From: an uncultured Selenomonadales bacterium
Lineage (GTDB): Bacteria > Bacillota > Negativicutes > Selenomonadales > Selenomonadaceae
Direction: 5' to 3'
DNA: 64,000 bases
Assembly (NCBI GenBank): GCA_947307055.1
Contig: CAMZHX010000013.1
Location: 1,242-65,241 of the forward strand
Under the pieces are notes generated by a model. It had not been told where the DNA came from and made no database searches. It saw only the letters and a list, made by a program, of their open reading frames with translations. Within the stretch, counting starts at the first letter, position 1, and every line of letters starts with the position of its first letter. Below are positions 39,363 through 50,204 of this stretch, piece by piece. The translations under genes and the position numbers were made by a program.

Positions 39363-42300
39363 ATGACACCGAATGGAGGATGGTATCTCAACGGAACGAC
39401 GTTGGAGTACAGGGCGTATAAGGAGGGTACCACTGAACTCTCAACAACGGCTTTGGTAAAGATTTCGGGACTCTCCACTAGTCAAGTTGTGAATGGCACC
39501 GGAAATGACGCAGGGTATGTTCTTGTTAATGCAAATGGTAATTGGAGAAGACTTAACTCCGATAATAATGATGACATCAAATTCGATGATAAAACCACTG
39601 ACGGCAAGACGACAGGAACAATTACCATTGCTTCGGCTATTCTCCCAAAACAGGCAAACAAGGCAATCACTGTTACAGGTTCGACAAACTACGATTACAC
39701 CATTAAGCTTAACACGAATGACCAAGTCAGACTCTCTGAAACAGACACAGTAACCCACGGCACTAACGGCACAACAACAATCACAGGCAAGCTCACTGCA
39801 GGTTACACGATTGCGACCAACGGCAAAAGTGCTACCTACTACGTGGAAAGAACAAACCAAACATTGGCGAAAATCACTGGCTTGGCGAAGAACTACACCC
39901 AAAGCACCCTCGCTCTTAATGCTGCTTATAAGGAAAACACGGCCGGCGGAGAAGGCGTAATCACTTTGTCGAAACTTGCGGCAGGTTCTATCGACACCAG
40001 CGCGCTCGGTACCACGGCTATTACTCTTACCATGGATAACGTCGCTGTTGCTAATGGTATCAGCTACCAACTGAAATTGAACGAAGGCTCAGGAACTTAC
40101 AAGCAGGTAGCTGCCAATGACGAAGCCGCGTATTGGACTGTAAGCGGCACAAAGGCAACTTATCAGTACTACTCCCCGACAGGCTACGAACTCACCAACG
40201 CCCAAAACGAAGTCATTGCTACTGACGGCAAAGTTTACAAAGCTGACGGCACCGCTTATGAAGATGGTCAAGGCGACAGAGTAGCTACAAAAATCAAAGT
40301 CACGGCAGAAAAAACTACTATAATTGCAACTGTCACCGGTCTTGCAAACGACATCACCACCAACATAACAGATGAGAAAGTTGAGAAAGCGAAAACCACC
40401 CCGACAACTTCCATTGCTGATAAAGTCGGTATCGGTCAAGCGAGATTTGGTGAAGACGGGAAAGACACAGAGGGTAAGCTTATCGCTGAGGCTAGTAATA
40501 TTAATCCTAACCAGTTCGTTTCGGGCATCACCGTTACAACCGATGTCTCAAATGCGAAAACCGGAAATAACAAACCGGTTTATTCAGCTGACGGAAAAAC
40601 TACTATTAAAGGCAACGTCGCAATCAAAATCACGAAAGCTGTACTGCCCACAAGAGGTAATGTTGTCGTCACGCCGGGCAAAGATTTCACCGTCGAAGCT
40701 ACTCTTGGTGATGACTTCTACAACAGCGAAGTTAAAAACCAAAGAATTTGGGTTATCAACGGCAACACCGCAGTCTACAAAGAAGTTGATTTGGCTTACT
40801 ACACCTCGACCACTACTGACGGCAAGACAACAATCAAATGCACAGTCCAGAAAGATGTCGCCACTCTCGCAACTATCAAAGGACTTAATGCAGCTTGGCT
40901 CGCAGACGAATCCCACTTGACGAGAAACACCAAAGACACCAGCGGCGTAATCACCCACATCGACGGCATTAATATCACCACTGCAGCCGGTTACAAATAC
41001 GACGACAAAGGCAAAATGACGGCAAAGTCAGATGAGGTCGGCGAAATCACTCTTGCAAAAGAAGTTCTCGACGGCATGAACGTCACAATCACTAAGAGCG
41101 ATAACTTCAAATTGGCACTTAAAGCTGGCAATATCTCTGCGGTTGATGGCACAAATGATAAAACCACTACCACTACTACCGACGTTGTATTGCCCGCATT
41201 CAACAACTACAAATGGAACCTCTCCGGCACCATCGCCACTTTGAAGGGCGATATTGCTACCGCAGGTTACACGCTCTCCGACGACAGCAAGACAGTCACC
41301 TACACCGCAGCAGCTAAAAACCAAACCCTCGCGACTGTCAACGGTCTCAAGAAGGGCACACAGCTCGAAAGAGAAACTGAAGGAACTACGGAATCGGGCA
41401 ACAAGGACTATCGCAAAATCGGTAACTATGTCGACACTACCTTTACGGACGGTCTCGCGATTGTAACTAATCCTGAGAACGCGGGCGGCAAGTTGACTCA
41501 CAAGACTAAGACGAACGATAAAACCCTCAACAGAATGCCTATCACGATTTCAAGGCTCGTCATGGACACCTCCAAAATCAGTCTCACCAGCAACTTCTTC
41601 ACCCTCGCGCTTAACAAAACTGATAAGAATAATGCTGTTTCCTCAAGAACCTACGTTTTGGAGAAGTCGGATCTCTATAACGGCGATAAGGTAAAGACTG
41701 ACTTAGATAAAACTGTCGGTTGGCATGGTTCGCTCGGCTCCATCGCGATTTTGAAACAAGCTCTGCCGGCTTACTACACCACCGTAGCAGATTCCGCCGG
41801 CACTATCAAGACAATCAACTACACCAAACCCGGTGACGCTAAAACTCTCGCGACCGTCAAAGGTCTCAACAGCGCAATCAACGAAAACGATATTGCCTTC
41901 GACACCACATATAAAAAAATCACGATTAAAAGCGTCGACGCGCTCACAACGGGCAATGTCACAATCACCGGCACGGAAGGCTACACCCTCGCGCTTGATG
42001 TCAATAAGGTTGGTGAGGCTAAGCTCAGCAACGAGACTTGGTCTCAAACCGGCACGACTGTCAACTATACCGCTTTGGTAACTTCGCCCGGCTACAAGCT
42101 CAACGCTGACAAAAACCTCATCACCTACACCAAAGAGGCTACAACTACTCCAACAACTTTGGCGACAATCACCGGTCTTAGAGCAAGTCTCGCGAAAGTC
42201 GACCCAAGCACAACTCAAGATTCTAGCGGCAATAACGGCGGCAATACCGACGGCGGATCTACTGATCCTGGCGATGCGGCTGAAACGAATCAAACAGATC

Positions 42301-45300
42301 AAACTTCTTGGCAATACAAAGGCGTTACCTTCAGCAACGAGACCGGCACTATCACCATAGGGAAGGAAGCCCTCAACGGCTCAAACATCGCAATCAAAGG
42401 CTCCGCTAACTACAAGCTTGCACTCGCCACCGATCTTGATAAGACGACAGCACCCGACCCTGCTAAACGTTGGGTTATCAGCGGGACAACTGCAACTTAC
42501 AAAGTCGTCACCCCTGAGTACTACACCTACAATGCCTCAAACAACACCATCACTTACACCAAAGCTGTAGACGCCGTATATCAAAGCAATCCCGCTCAAA
42601 CCCTCACTTACGCGGCAACAACCGAGACAGACAAGTACACCAACGGAAAAGGCAAGACTATTCCGGCTCTTGTAAGTATCAGCGGTCTCAAGAGCGGGCT
42701 TGTTGTCAATGATAACGGTGACAAAATCGGTTATTACAAAGCAGACGGCTCTTTTGTTGAAAATGCTATCACTTTCGGCACCGGTACCGACGATAAGAAT
42801 ATAACCATTAATAACGCGGGCGTTCTCAATGGAACTACCGTCAAAATCGACAACACCGCCCATACAAATGGTTATAGAATCAAGCTTTCCTCCGACTTAG
42901 TTAATGCCGTGAAACCTAAACTTGAAGGTGATGCGACTTGGACTATCAGCAGAGGTACTGCTACTCTCAAAGGCAATGTCGCAGCCGGTTACTCGGACAG
43001 TTCCGACGGCAAGAGCATTGATTTCAGCGCAAAGAAAACCAACACAGCCATCGCGACAATCACCGGCCTTAAGAACACAGCTACGACAACCGAAGGCTTG
43101 ACGCTCGGCACGACCGAAGGCACCGACGACCATATCATTACGGTTGACAACGACTTACTCAGCACAAGCAATGTCAAACTCACAACTAACATTGCGATTT
43201 TGGGCAAACCTTATCAACTCGCGCTCGACGCTTACGACGCCTCCACCAATCCCACCGGCACCAAGCAGGAAGACGACGTTACATCTACCGAGCAAAACAG
43301 ATGGTCTATCGATAAAACCACTGCCACCTACTACACCTGGAGAGATACTTATTATTCGCTTAACAACGGTCAAGACGGAGCCAGCGACACTATCACTTAC
43401 CACGCGGCTGGCGAAGGTCTCAAAACAGGCGACGACGTACTCGCGACAGTCACCGGTCTTGCAAGCGGTCTCGTCACGATTCAGGACGACCAAATCCGCG
43501 GTATCACCGTCGGCCAAGACGAAACGAAAACTGTGGAGGGAAAAGAGGTAACTACATTCAAGAAAGATGAAGACGGCACAATAATCCAGTTGTCTTCAAA
43601 CGTCCTGCCCACGAAAGTCAAAGACGAAGTTAAAGTTACCTCTGTCGCAAACGGCAAAATTTACAACTTGCGCCTTGACGCGGACGATACTTCTATTCCT
43701 TTGCCTAAAGATGCTGTTTACTATGACATCGCTACTACCGGCGTTGCGACAGTCAAGATTAAAAGAGCTATATCCGCAGGTTTTGATTACGAAAATGCTT
43801 CTAACAAAACTACGATAAAATACAAAGCCGAAGATCTTAGTGTCGGCGGTGTCATTGGAACGATCTCTGGTCTCGACAAAGATAAAACCGTTATAAACTC
43901 TGATGGCAATATTACCGGCATTACCATTAATCAGAATACGACCGGTACTGATGCCAGAACAATCACCCTTTCGCTAGATGTACTCAACGGTCCTGTCACG
44001 TTTACTACCACTAATACAACAAATCCTTATAAATTGAAACTCGGTAATGATGTTACCGGAGCTAGCAGTGCTCCCGCCTTTGAAAAGACTACCACGACTG
44101 GCAAATTTGATCTTCGTGCCGGTGCCACAAACGGCGGCTATACTCTAGGAGAACAAAGCACGACAGATGGCGTAGTCACACAAAAAATCACGTACTTGGA
44201 AGGCGGAAACAAGGGTAACGTAGTAGCGTCAATCACCGGCCTCAAGAATATCGATAAGGATAAGGTTGCTGTCACAGAGGTAAAAGACGGCGACGAAGTC
44301 ACTGGCTACAATATTACAATTTCCTCCGCTGACGCACTCAACGCCCAAGATGTTACAGTAACGCCATCAGATAGCACCAGCACCAAGACTTATACCCTTG
44401 AGCTTAACGGTGTTGCCGCGTCCGAAGCAACTGACACTTGGGATTTAACCAACGGCACCGCAACCTTCACGCACAAGGTTACTGCAGGTTACAAAGTTGA
44501 CAGCGCAACTGGCAAAATCGTCTACACTCCGGAAAGTAGCATCGTTTCCACTCTGAACAACCTCAGCAAAGAAGTCACCTGGACTGTAGAAGACGGCGGC
44601 AAAACGCTTGCTACAGGAGGCACGAAGACCGTAACCGATAATACCGACCCCAACAATCCAACTACAAAAACTGTTAAAACAGGTATTACCTTCGCTGACG
44701 GCGTCTTCACAGTCACGGACGAAAAAGTTCTCGCGCATAAGGCGGTTAAACTCACAACCAAAGCCACCGGCAAAGATTCTTCCGGCAAAAACGTCACCGC
44801 CAACTACACAGTCGACCTTGACAGCGATATTAAAGCTAAAACCGATCCTGCTGTCTGGAACAAAGCGGACAACGCGACTGTCGCAACTTTGACGGAAACA
44901 ACCGCTTCCGGTTATTCAATCTCCGGCGACCAACAGAATATCACTTATTCTTCTGACCCCGTCGTTACAATCCTCGCTACCGTCAACGGCTTGAATAAGG
45001 ATAGCGTCGCGTATACTGAAGGCAACAAATCTTATGTTGGTATCGGCGTCACAAACAGTTCTACTCCCCCCGCAACTACTACTTACACCAAAGGTCTTGA
45101 AGTCACGACAAAGCCTTCGGATTCCACTACCGGCACCATCACGATTGGTCAAAACGTTCTCAACAACGCCAAAGTCACCCTCACCAGCAACAAGTATGTC
45201 TTAGCACTTGACGACACCACCAGCCCTGTTGTGGGTAGTAATGTCGCAGAAAAGAAAGTTTGGGCTATCAGCGGCACCACTGCAACTTATAAGAACGTCA

Positions 45301-48300
45301 AACCTGCTTACTACACCCTCGACGCCAACAGTAAAGGCCTCACCTACACGGCTCAGAAAGACACAAACGTAAGGGAAACCAACTCCCCGAATGTCACTGT
45401 AATCAAAGGCCTCAAGAGCGGTCTCAAGCTCAACGAAGAAGGCAAAGTCATTAACGCCGACGGCACCACTACTGACGGTCTCACTGTTAAAAATAATGGC
45501 GCGGTTTTATTGACTTCAGCTGTTCTCGGCACCAACAAAGAAATTACTTCGGATCAATATACTCTTGAGCTCGCCGAAGGTATTAAAACTGAAAAAGAAG
45601 AGGCTACCGAGTGGGTTGGCAGTGGCACCACTTACACCTTCAAGAAATACGACAAAGCTTATTTCACTTATGAAACTGGCAATAAAAAAATCACCTACAC
45701 CGCGCCGACGGCCGGCACCACCTACGCGACAATCAGCAACCTCAAGAGCGACGCAACTATCAACTTCGCTGCGACCGAGCCCAATAACCTTGCTAAGGGC
45801 GGCACAATCAAGATTTCTGCAGACCAACTCATCGATAAGGACGTTACCCTTAAAGTCAACAGCGGCACCTTTGCCCTTGCATTCGCCGACGACTTTGACG
45901 CTGGTAAGAAATCTTCGATAGGCAGTAGCACCCTGAAGTGGGGCAAGACAAACGCAACAACCGCTGTCCTTCAAGGCACAAAGACTGCAGGTTACACGCT
46001 CAGCGAAGACGCGAAGTCTATAACCTACAAGAAGACAGCCGGAACCGTTACCCTCGCGACAATCAGCGGCCTTAAGAGCGGCTTTGAACTTCCCGCTGAA
46101 ACCACATTCGATACGGATTCCAGCGGCAACCAAATTATCACTTTGGATAAAACTATGCTCGGCACGGCAAATGTCACGCTCAAAGGCGACGGCTATAAAC
46201 TCGCACTTGCCGAAGACGCTGCCTCCGAAACTGATACGGCTACTTGGGTAAAGGCGACCAACGCGACAAAGGCAACCTTCACGCAACAAACCTACAACGG
46301 CTTCACCGAATCGGCCGACGGCAAGTCCCTCACCTACATAAAGAATACAAGCAAAATCGACCTCGCCACTATCAACGGCTTAAGCAAAGACCTCACAACA
46401 GATAACATGAAGGTCGTCTATGCTACTGATAGCCAAACTGCCGAAACGGCTAAAACGGAAGCTACTGCTGCTATTAGTAAGGACGGCACACTCGTTGTTC
46501 TTGATGATGTCAACAAAGTTATCTACCTCAAGCAAGATGCTCTTAGCGGCAAAGTCACCCTCGCAAATAAAGACGGCTACACCTTCGCGCTTGTTGACGA
46601 TAATAACGCTAGCGTCACCGAACTCGGCGGCACTAAAATTACGGATGCCGCCCCGAAAGTCACCTTCAACAACGGCACAATGTCAATCGTAGCCGGCACC
46701 GATGATGAGTGGGTATTGTCCGACGACAAAAAGACCCTCAACTACACCGCGGCAAAATATGATACCCTCGCGACGGTTAGCGGTCTCCCGAAAACCATCA
46801 CCAACACCGCGCATGACGGGATCACTGTCGACGGCACCAAAATTAAAATCGCTAAAGAAGCTCTTGTCAGTACCGATACAACAACCAGCAAAGACACCAG
46901 CCTCCTCGCTAACAACGCCAAAATCGTTCTCACTAACAAAAAGGTTGGCAACACCACTTACGAGTATGCGATTGAACTTGGTACCGGTCTTAACGCGAAA
47001 GCTACGGCTCCTACTGCTGACAAAAAGGTTTGGGCACTCAGCGGCACGAACTTGTCGCTTAAGGAAGTCACCTCGGCTTACTACCTGACCCCAGAAGCTT
47101 CCGGTACTACGCAGACAATTACCTATGTGGCTGAAAAAGTCGGCGACGAAATCGCAAAAATCGCAGGCGTTCCCGCAAATACTGTTTCTCTTAGCTCCGA
47201 CGCTACAGCAGTTTACGTCGGCGGCGACACCTCGAAACCGGCATTTACTGCTACCATGAGTGGTGATGGTGCCATGAACGCTAAGACAATCGAAGTTGGC
47301 TCCGACCTCAGAACAGCTATTAAGACGGCGGATAAAGCTGTAACTCTTTCACTCACTGGAACTGGCTACACCTTCGACATCGGCTTTTTGGATGAAACAA
47401 ATCCTTCTCCTAAACCTACGGATGGCGAGTTCGATTTCATAACAAGCAAATCTTTCACCGCGTTGAAGTCGGCAGGCAAGGCAACAGTAATCAATGAAAA
47501 GAGTTCTGGCTGGACTGAAGCCAGTACTGACAACAAACTTATATTCGCGAAATCAGCCGACAGCATTGTTGCAACAGTCAACGGTCTTAGAAAGGACTTT
47601 GATCCTAGCGGCGCCGCTGAAGATAGTAATGCTGATGACCTCGACTTCAATTCGAGCGATAAATTAAAATCAGTTACAGTGGGCAATACTGCTCTCAACA
47701 AAACGAACGTCACACTCACAATCCCCAGCAAAGGCGAAGTTTACAACCTCGCGCTTGCAAGCAATGTCGCCTCTTCGCTTAGAAGTTTAAGCGACACACC
47801 AGCCGCGAGCGACGTAGCGAATTGGACAGACGACTGGATGAACCAAACTGACTGGGTTGTAAGCGGCGGCACCGCCTCCTACAAAACTTACAACAAAGGC
47901 AACTACTACATCAAGCCCGCAGCAAATGCAAACACCACGCCCAATTCTATCGCCTACAATGCGCCGACAGCCGGCACCACTTATGCGAAAATTTCCGGTC
48001 TGAGCAAAACAGCTGAATCCGTTGCTTCTAGCGTTGATTTAAGTAATTACAGTAGTACAGCAGCTGCTGGCAAAGACATCATCATCACCTTGGGTGCAAA
48101 AGAACTCAGCACTTCCAAAGTCACCCTCGCTGTTTCAAAAGCTAATTCGGTTAAAGCGGCTAACACTAATAACGACACTCTTAAATCTATCTTCGAATCT
48201 ATCGCCTCAGACCTCAACGATAAGATATTAGTCGGCAACAAGGTTGCGCCAAACTTCAAACTTGCGCTCGACACCACTACTGCCGACAGCGTTAAGGCAA

Positions 48301-50063
48301 GCAGCATAGACAACGCGGTTTGGGATAACAACGGCACGGTCGCCAACTTGACGGGCACAATCACCAAAGGTTACAAACTTTCCAACGACCAGAAGTCCAT
48401 AACTTACCAAGCAGCCGACAGCAAACTTCAAGTCATCGCGAAAGTCAGCGGCATCAAGAAGGATTCGCAAATCTCTGACAGCCTCGTTGCAGCTATAACT
48501 GATACAACCGACCCCAACTACAACGCGGCATTGCCGAACCTCCAATACATAACCTTGAATAAGGAACACCTCGGCACCAGCAACGTCATGCTCACCGGCG
48601 AAGGCTATAAGCTCAAACTTGGTACCGATGTTGTTCTCGACACTAACAGTATAAGCGGTGCTGAAAACGGCTGGCACGACCAAACCGAATGGGTTGCCAA
48701 CAACGGCACCTTCACCTACAAGACTTACGACAAAGCAAACTACAAAGTCAACGATACCGGAATGCAAGTCATCTACACTGGGGCTAAAGACGACACGAAG
48801 AATAACGCTAACCACAAGACATTCGTGAAAATTACCGGCTTGTCGAAAACTGCGGAAGCTTCTGATTTAGCGGCAGCAGGTGCTACTGTCGCTAGTACCG
48901 CCGATAATGTAACTACTATAGACGTAACCACAGCAAATGGGGGCGTAATCTCGTTGGGTGCTGATGTTCTCACCACTGGGAACGTTGCACTCACGGACAA
49001 CACGATTTCTGCAAGCTTGAATGGCGCACCCGTCCTCTACAACGGCGGCTACACGCTCGCACTAAAAGACAATGTTGCCAAATCCACCGCAAGCAACGTC
49101 AACGCGACAGTCAGCGGCACGAAAGCAACTTGGGCGGGCACGCAAGGCGCAGGCTATCTCCTCGCCAACGACGAGCAAAATGTTACCTACTACAGCGCGA
49201 AGAAGGATAAGCAAACCATTGCGACGGTCACCGGCCTCAACGCCTCAGTCACTGCAGAAAACAGTAACGACTCGCTCTCAAGTAGCTACAACGAGGGTAC
49301 CAATGTTATGACGCTGACAAAAGACAAACTCAGTAGCAACGTCGGAATCAGCGGAACGGCCGCGTATAACTTCTCCGATTTCGAGAACGGCACAATAACC
49401 GGTAGCGGCTCGGCTGATAAAGTCTCGATTGGCGGCGCAAGCGTCTCGATTAACGCGGGCAACGGCAATGATATCATCAACTTCACCAATTCCTCCAGAA
49501 CAGCCGGCAATACCTTCATCTACGCGAACGGCAACGGCAACGACGTTATCTATGGCTTCACCTCAAAAGACGTTATCAAAGTCACCAATGTTGTCGGCAC
49601 CACTTCCACCACCAATGAAGTAACGGATTCGACTGGAACAAAAACAGAAGTCACGACCTACAAGAACAACATCGAAGTCTATGCTGACACTAAGATTAGC
49701 GGCGATACTCTCGTTAAGGTCAACAACAACGTTATCAGATTGAAGGACTATAAATCTAACGTAACAGTCTACGATAGCAAAGGCAATCATTGGGATGCTA
49801 ACGAAAATAACGGTGGCCAGACAAATAACGGCAGCTTTGTTGCGGATACTACTCCCCAAACCCAAGGCAACGTCTTGGCGGACGATGATTACGCGATGAC
49901 ACCGCAAAACCTCTTCGCTGACGATAACTACGCAATGACGCCGAATCTCAGCTCAATCGTCAAGAGCTCCACTTCCAGCTACATGGCGGACGATTTGGTT
50001 GCAGACGACGCAACGGCTCTCACCAAGCAAAGCACTGCGGTTTCCTACAGCGACAAAAAGTAA
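39363..50063 (+). CDS. giant (3566-aa) Thr-rich modular repeat protein with an RTX-like C-terminal module; probable secreted or surface protein
   Basis: A single uninterrupted ORF. By hand count it has ~24 diverged ~150-aa modules marked by W..SGT.ATYK...YY....ITYT.....TLATV.GL and ...NVTL....YKLAL. The C-terminal region is GSGSADKVSIGGASVSINAGNGNDIINF...FIYANGNGNDVIYGF. No N-terminal signal peptide. Confidence 0.85.
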   Translation: MTPNGGWYLNGTTLEYRAYKEGTTELSTTALVKISGLSTSQVVNGTGNDAGYVLVNANGNWRRLNSDNNDDIKFDDKTTDGKTTGTITIASAILPKQANKAITVTGSTNYDYTIKLNTNDQVRLSETDTVTHGTNGTTTITGKLTAGYTIATNGKSATYYVERTNQTLAKITGLAKNYTQSTLALNAAYKENTAGGEGVITLSKLAAGSIDTSALGTTAITLTMDNVAVANGISYQLKLNEGSGTYKQVAANDEAAYWTVSGTKATYQYYSPTGYELTNAQNEVIATDGKVYKADGTAYEDGQGDRVATKIKVTAEKTTIIATVTGLANDITTNITDEKVEKAKTTPTTSIADKVGIGQARFGEDGKDTEGKLIAEASNINPNQFVSGITVTTDVSNAKTGNNKPVYSADGKTTIKGNVAIKITKAVLPTRGNVVVTPGKDFTVEATLGDDFYNSEVKNQRIWVINGNTAVYKEVDLAYYTSTTTDGKTTIKCTVQKDVATLATIKGLNAAWLADESHLTRNTKDTSGVITHIDGINITTAAGYKYDDKGKMTAKSDEVGEITLAKEVLDGMNVTITKSDNFKLALKAGNISAVDGTNDKTTTTTTDVVLPAFNNYKWNLSGTIATLKGDIATAGYTLSDDSKTVTYTAAAKNQTLATVNGLKKGTQLERETEGTTESGNKDYRKIGNYVDTTFTDGLAIVTNPENAGGKLTHKTKTNDKTLNRMPITISRLVMDTSKISLTSNFFTLALNKTDKNNAVSSRTYVLEKSDLYNGDKVKTDLDKTVGWHGSLGSIAILKQALPAYYTTVADSAGTIKTINYTKPGDAKTLATVKGLNSAINENDIAFDTTYKKITIKSVDALTTGNVTITGTEGYTLALDVNKVGEAKLSNETWSQTGTTVNYTALVTSPGYKLNADKNLITYTKEATTTPTTLATITGLRASLAKVDPSTTQDSSGNNGGNTDGGSTDPGDAAETNQTDQTSWQYKGVTFSNETGTITIGKEALNGSNIAIKGSANYKLALATDLDKTTAPDPAKRWVISGTTATYKVVTPEYYTYNASNNTITYTKAVDAVYQSNPAQTLTYAATTETDKYTNGKGKTIPALVSISGLKSGLVVNDNGDKIGYYKADGSFVENAITFGTGTDDKNITINNAGVLNGTTVKIDNTAHTNGYRIKLSSDLVNAVKPKLEGDATWTISRGTATLKGNVAAGYSDSSDGKSIDFSAKKTNTAIATITGLKNTATTTEGLTLGTTEGTDDHIITVDNDLLSTSNVKLTTNIAILGKPYQLALDAYDASTNPTGTKQEDDVTSTEQNRWSIDKTTATYYTWRDTYYSLNNGQDGASDTITYHAAGEGLKTGDDVLATVTGLASGLVTIQDDQIRGITVGQDETKTVEGKEVTTFKKDEDGTIIQLSSNVLPTKVKDEVKVTSVANGKIYNLRLDADDTSIPLPKDAVYYDIATTGVATVKIKRAISAGFDYENASNKTTIKYKAEDLSVGGVIGTISGLDKDKTVINSDGNITGITINQNTTGTDARTITLSLDVLNGPVTFTTTNTTNPYKLKLGNDVTGASSAPAFEKTTTTGKFDLRAGATNGGYTLGEQSTTDGVVTQKITYLEGGNKGNVVASITGLKNIDKDKVAVTEVKDGDEVTGYNITISSADALNAQDVTVTPSDSTSTKTYTLELNGVAASEATDTWDLTNGTATFTHKVTAGYKVDSATGKIVYTPESSIVSTLNNLSKEVTWTVEDGGKTLATGGTKTVTDNTDPNNPTTKTVKTGITFADGVFTVTDEKVLAHKAVKLTTKATGKDSSGKNVTANYTVDLDSDIKAKTDPAVWNKADNATVATLTETTASGYSISGDQQNITYSSDPVVTILATVNGLNKDSVAYTEGNKSYVGIGVTNSSTPPATTTYTKGLEVTTKPSDSTTGTITIGQNVLNNAKVTLTSNKYVLALDDTTSPVVGSNVAEKKVWAISGTTATYKNVKPAYYTLDANSKGLTYTAQKDTNVRETNSPNVTVIKGLKSGLKLNEEGKVINADGTTTDGLTVKNNGAVLLTSAVLGTNKEITSDQYTLELAEGIKTEKEEATEWVGSGTTYTFKKYDKAYFTYETGNKKITYTAPTAGTTYATISNLKSDATINFAATEPNNLAKGGTIKISADQLIDKDVTLKVNSGTFALAFADDFDAGKKSSIGSSTLKWGKTNATTAVLQGTKTAGYTLSEDAKSITYKKTAGTVTLATISGLKSGFELPAETTFDTDSSGNQIITLDKTMLGTANVTLKGDGYKLALAEDAASETDTATWVKATNATKATFTQQTYNGFTESADGKSLTYIKNTSKIDLATINGLSKDLTTDNMKVVYATDSQTAETAKTEATAAISKDGTLVVLDDVNKVIYLKQDALSGKVTLANKDGYTFALVDDNNASVTELGGTKITDAAPKVTFNNGTMSIVAGTDDEWVLSDDKKTLNYTAAKYDTLATVSGLPKTITNTAHDGITVDGTKIKIAKEALVSTDTTTSKDTSLLANNAKIVLTNKKVGNTTYEYAIELGTGLNAKATAPTADKKVWALSGTNLSLKEVTSAYYLTPEASGTTQTITYVAEKVGDEIAKIAGVPANTVSLSSDATAVYVGGDTSKPAFTATMSGDGAMNAKTIEVGSDLRTAIKTADKAVTLSLTGTGYTFDIGFLDETNPSPKPTDGEFDFITSKSFTALKSAGKATVINEKSSGWTEASTDNKLIFAKSADSIVATVNGLRKDFDPSGAAEDSNADDLDFNSSDKLKSVTVGNTALNKTNVTLTIPSKGEVYNLALASNVASSLRSLSDTPAASDVANWTDDWMNQTDWVVSGGTASYKTYNKGNYYIKPAANANTTPNSIAYNAPTAGTTYAKISGLSKTAESVASSVDLSNYSSTAAAGKDIIITLGAKELSTSKVTLAVSKANSVKAANTNNDTLKSIFESIASDLNDKILVGNKVAPNFKLALDTTTADSVKASSIDNAVWDNNGTVANLTGTITKGYKLSNDQKSITYQAADSKLQVIAKVSGIKKDSQISDSLVAAITDTTDPNYNAALPNLQYITLNKEHLGTSNVMLTGEGYKLKLGTDVVLDTNSISGAENGWHDQTEWVANNGTFTYKTYDKANYKVNDTGMQVIYTGAKDDTKNNANHKTFVKITGLSKTAEASDLAAAGATVASTADNVTTIDVTTANGGVISLGADVLTTGNVALTDNTISASLNGAPVLYNGGYTLALKDNVAKSTASNVNATVSGTKATWAGTQGAGYLLANDEQNVTYYSAKKDKQTIATVTGLNASVTAENSNDSLSSSYNEGTNVMTLTKDKLSSNVGISGTAAYNFSDFENGTITGSGSADKVSIGGASVSINAGNGNDIINFTNSSRTAGNTFIYANGNGNDVIYGFTSKDVIKVTNVVGTTSTTNEVTDSTGTKTEVTTYKNNIEVYADTKISGDTLVKVNNNVIRLKDYKSNVTVYDSKGNHWDANENNGGQTNNGSFVADTTPQTQGNVLADDDYAMTPQNLFADDNYAMTPNLSSIVKSSTSSYMADDLVADDATALTKQSTAVSYSDKK

Positions 50064-50101
50064 TTGACAAAGAATTCAAACACGGTCGAATAAATTTCGG
50101 G

Positions 50102-50133
50102 CAGTCGGGGAAAATTCCTCGGCTGTCTTTTTT
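50102..50133 (+). terminator. intrinsic terminator after the giant gene
   Basis: CAGUCGGGG-aaaauu-CCUCGGCUG (9 bp including two G.U pairs) followed by tcTTTTTT. Confidence 0.6.
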
Positions 50134-50147
50134 ATTCCTCAAGAACG

Positions 50148-50183
50148 CAAAAAATAAGCTCGCCGAGCTTTTTCGACGAGCTT
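50148..50183 (-). terminator. candidate intrinsic terminator after the P-type ATPase gene
   Basis: Minus-strand AAGCTCG-14 nt-CGAGCTT followed by ATTTTTT. Confidence 0.45.
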
Positions 50184-50204
50184 GTTATATTCAAGATATA
50201 AAAT

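Noticed and set aside
39441-48815. Many 60-260-aa ORFs in other frames and on the other strand within the giant gene (e.g. 39441-40070, 45516-46289, 48228-48815)
   Set aside because: All are nested in the single 10.7-kb ORF, whose repeat periodicity is maintained in one frame only. The alternatives are Cys/Arg/Val-rich low-complexity translations.
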